From NCBI GenBank assembly GCA_050257995.1, contig JBLMXX010000062.1, positions 1-27,968 of the forward strand: 27,968 nucleotides of DNA, given 5' to 3'. Both the position numbers and the translations under genes were made by a program. The notes under the pieces are model-generated. The model worked only from the letters and a program-made list of their open reading frames with translations, did not search any database and was not told where the DNA came from. Below are positions 25,951 through 27,968 of this stretch, piece by piece (within the stretch, counting starts at the first letter, position 1; each line of letters begins with the position of its first letter). Source of the stretch: Acidobacteriota bacterium (GTDB taxonomy: Bacteria; Chloroflexota; Anaerolineae; UBA4142).

Positions 25951-25979
25951 TTGCGCTGTGGGCAATTCTGTGCTAAGAT
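25951..25979 (+). promoter_or_regulatory. sigma70-type promoter for the small ORF-subtilisin pair
   Basis: TTGCGC (25951-25956), 17 nt spacer, extended -10 TG-c-TAAGAT (TAAGAT 25974-25979). Confidence 0.6.
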
Positions 25980-26010
25980 TGCACTGTGCCGCAAGAAAGA
26001 GGTGATGTAA

Positions 26011-26265
26011 GTGGCGACCATACCTCCCGATCTGCAAACCAAAATACAGCACGATCCTCAGACACAAGTAGATCTTATCGTGCGCTTGGCGGACGATCCC
26101 GGCAAACATGTCCGCGATCTCCAGTCGCTCGGCTGGACTGTCCGGCGCACATTTTCGCTCACTCCTTCCGTAGTCATCCAGGGTCCGGCATCCGCTTCAC
26201 TGGCCCTCGCACGGCAGCCGTGGGTACTTGCCATTGAAGAAGACAAGTCCGTCCATACCATGTAA
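26011..26265 (+). CDS. stand-alone subtilisin propeptide-like protein (peptidase inhibitor I9-like)
   Basis: 84 aa, GTG start with GAGGTG upstream. Aligns by eye with residues 1-92 of the downstream protease (I-x-P-x-L; LIV/IIV; F-x-L-x-P; V-x-x-I-x-x-D-x-x-VHTM). Confidence 0.75.
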   Translation: MATIPPDLQTKIQHDPQTQVDLIVRLADDPGKHVRDLQSLGWTVRRTFSLTPSVVIQGPASASLALARQPWVLAIEEDKSVHTM

Positions 26266-26341
26266 ATTCATTGATGCCTTCATTTGCTAGCCATTATCAC
26301 GGTCGACCAGTTCGCCAATCCAGCATGCGTGGAGGATACCA

Positions 26342-27592
26342 ATGCCTGATCCATCGAAGATTCACCCCAAATTGGCAGATCGCGTCAAGACGCACTTGCT
26401 TGCCGCAACGGGGTTGCCCCCACCGATCGCAATTATCGTCAAGTATCGCGCCGGTGCTGTGGGTGTAGCGGATACAGTGGAAGGTGTGACTTCCACCCAG
26501 CACGTCTTTCGCCTCATACCGGCAGCCGCGCACACCGCGACCCCGGCCGCCATCGACAAGTTAAGCGAGCGGGCGGATGTCGAGATGATCTGGTACGACG
26601 AGCCGGTCCACACGATGCTTGACCAATCCGTGCCCCTTATCGGCGCACCACAGGTATGGAACGACGGAATTCGCGGGACAGGCATCAAGGTCGGAATCGT
26701 CGATACGGGCATAGATCCCAACCATCCCGACTTTGCAGGCCGGATTGCGCAGATGAAGGACTTTACGGGCCAAGGTCCGGCAGACAATAACGGCCACGGT
26801 ACACACGTGGCTGGAATTGTGGGAGGGTCCGGCGCGGCGAGCGGTGGCAAATACAAGGGCGTCGCTCCGGAATGCTCATTCTATACTGCCAAAGTATTAG
26901 GCGGAGATGGATCCGGCAGTATGAGCAACGTGATGGCGGGTATTGAGTGGGCGGTGCAACAGGGTGTCCAGGTCATCAACATATCCCTGGGCAGTGATGG
27001 TGCCTGCGACGGCACCGATGCCCTGTCGACGACGTGCGATGCCGCAGTCAGTCGAGGCGTTGTCTTGTGTGTGGCGGCAGGTAATGCAGGCCCCGCACCT
27101 TCGACGGTAGGGTCGCCGGGTTGTGCCAAGACCGTGCTGACCATTGGAGCAACGGATAAAGAAGATAATGTCGCATCGTTTTCATCGCGCGGCCCCACTT
27201 CCGACAACCGGGTAAAGCCGGATGTCTGTTTCCCGGGCGTGAATATCGTATCCTGCCGCGCCGCGGGGACCTCTATGGGGCATCCGGTGGATGCTTCCTA
27301 TACGAGCGCATCCGGAACATCGATGGCGACGCCCCATGCAACAGGCGCGTGTGCCTTGCTATTGCAAGCCAAACCGGGGCTGTCACCCCAGCAAATTAAA
27401 GACCTATTCACCCAAACGGCCAAGAACCTAGGATTGGATCCCAACAGTCAAGGCGCGGGGAGGGCGCAGGTGTACGCTGCTTATCAGGTGGCGCTCGGGC
27501 AACCGCCGCCTCCACCGCCGCCCCCACCACCGCCCCCACCACCGCCGAGTGGGTGCTTGGAGACGATCCGAGCCATTTTGGGGGGGAGATAA
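26342..27592 (+). CDS. S8A subtilisin-like serine protease, no signal peptide
   Basis: Catalytic Asp (IVDTGID), His (GHGTHVAG), Ser (GTSMATP) and oxyanion Asn (AAGN). A 92 aa propeptide precedes the mature-type N-terminus LDQSVPLIGAP. GGAGG RBS. Confidence 0.95.
   Translation: MPDPSKIHPKLADRVKTHLLAATGLPPPIAIIVKYRAGAVGVADTVEGVTSTQHVFRLIPAAAHTATPAAIDKLSERADVEMIWYDEPVHTMLDQSVPLIGAPQVWNDGIRGTGIKVGIVDTGIDPNHPDFAGRIAQMKDFTGQGPADNNGHGTHVAGIVGGSGAASGGKYKGVAPECSFYTAKVLGGDGSGSMSNVMAGIEWAVQQGVQVINISLGSDGACDGTDALSTTCDAAVSRGVVLCVAAGNAGPAPSTVGSPGCAKTVLTIGATDKEDNVASFSSRGPTSDNRVKPDVCFPGVNIVSCRAAGTSMGHPVDASYTSASGTSMATPHATGACALLLQAKPGLSPQQIKDLFTQTAKNLGLDPNSQGAGRAQVYAAYQVALGQPPPPPPPPPPPPPPPSGCLETIRAILGGR
27503..27547 (+). 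repeat. poly-proline coding tract (15 Pro)
   Basis: ccg ccg cct cca ccg ccg ccc cca cca ccg ccc cca cca ccg ccg; includes a tandem 12-mer ccgcccccacca x2. Confidence 0.95.
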
Positions 27593-27630
27593 CGACCATC
27601 CGCGAATTGCGCTGGCGTGCGAAAGCGGAT

Positions 27631-27659
27631 TTGACAAACCGCGATCAATAAAATAAAAT
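27631..27659 (+). promoter_or_regulatory. near-consensus sigma70 promoter for the ABC ATPase gene
   Basis: TTGACA (27631-27636), 17 nt spacer, TAAAAT (27654-27659). Confidence 0.75.
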
Positions 27660-27697
27660 GAAAATTGAAGTGCGAGCCGTCTCAAAGGAGAGTCATC

Positions 27698-27968
27698 ATG
27701 GCAGGCGTAGTGTATGATCACGTAACCAAGCAATTCGGGGATGTCAAGGCGGTGAACGATCTGACGCTGGACATCAAAGACAAGGAATTCCTGGTGCTGG
27801 TGGGTCCCTCCGGCTGCGGCAAGACCACCGCCCTCCGCCTCCTGGCAGGGCTGGAGGAGATCTCGGCGGGCACCATCTGCATCGGCGACCGGGTGGTCAA
27901 CGACGTCGCCCCCAAGGACCGCGACATTGCGATGGTGTTCCAGTCCTATGCGCTCTACCCCCACATGA
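27698..27968 (+). CDS. sugar-type ABC transporter ATP-binding subunit (MalK/MsmX/UgpC family), 5' partial, truncated by the window edge
   Basis: Not in the ORF track. My translation is [90 protein letters not shown], containing Walker A and the Q-loop. AAGGAG RBS. Confidence 0.93.
   Translation, partial: MAGVVYDHVTKQFGDVKAVNDLTLDIKDKEFLVLVGPSGCGKTTALRLLAGLEEISAGTICIGDRVVNDVAPKDRDIAMVFQSYALYPHM

Noticed and set aside
26510-26525. 'LIP' in the propeptide resembling the LIPY/F motif of Bacillus intracellular subtilisins
   Set aside because: It sits at about residue 58 of a 92 aa I9-type propeptide, not in a short N-terminal extension.
27428-27964. 178 aa minus-strand ORF
   Set aside because: It is the antisense shadow of the ABC ATPase and the poly-Pro tract.
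1-27968. CRISPR arrays, tRNA/rRNA genes, IS elements, integrases, prophage genes
   Set aside because: No spaced direct repeats, cloverleafs, terminal inverted repeats or mobile-element proteins were seen on reading.

Overview
A gene-dense 28 kb segment, probably a whole contig since the right end falls mid-gene and the left end may too. The host is probably a Chloroflexota (Anaerolineae-like) bacterium. That is an inference from the T-box, the GT39 enzyme with repeated extracellular modules, the Pro/Thr-rich lipoproteins and the ATPase-TPR regulator. I see no rRNA, tRNA, CRISPR array, integrase or transposase. Left to right: a large M28 peptidase with an unexplained ~600 aa N-terminus; a PQQ-like beta-propeller lipoprotein; a short alanyl-tRNA synthetase under a complete Ala T-box; a LysM membrane protein; an HhH glycosylase-like protein; a Ser/Thr kinase-ATPase-TPR gene divergent from a metallophosphoesterase; USP; zinc-ribbon-SET; LLM oxidoreductase; haloacid dehalogenase; a CoA-transferase A/B-GNAT-DUF493 operon with a leader terminator, divergent from a thiolase; a lipoprotein-GT39-glycoside hydrolase-like-CocE/NonD operon; an 84 aa ORF plus a signal-less subtilisin; and the start of a sugar ABC ATPase. 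The best candidate for an undescribed system is the 84 aa ORF. It looks like a free-standing copy of the adjacent subtilisin's own propeptide and ends in the same VHTM tetrapeptide as the predicted autoprocessing site, which suggests a dedicated trans-acting inhibitor or chaperone. All family assignments come from motif recognition by eye; no searches were run.
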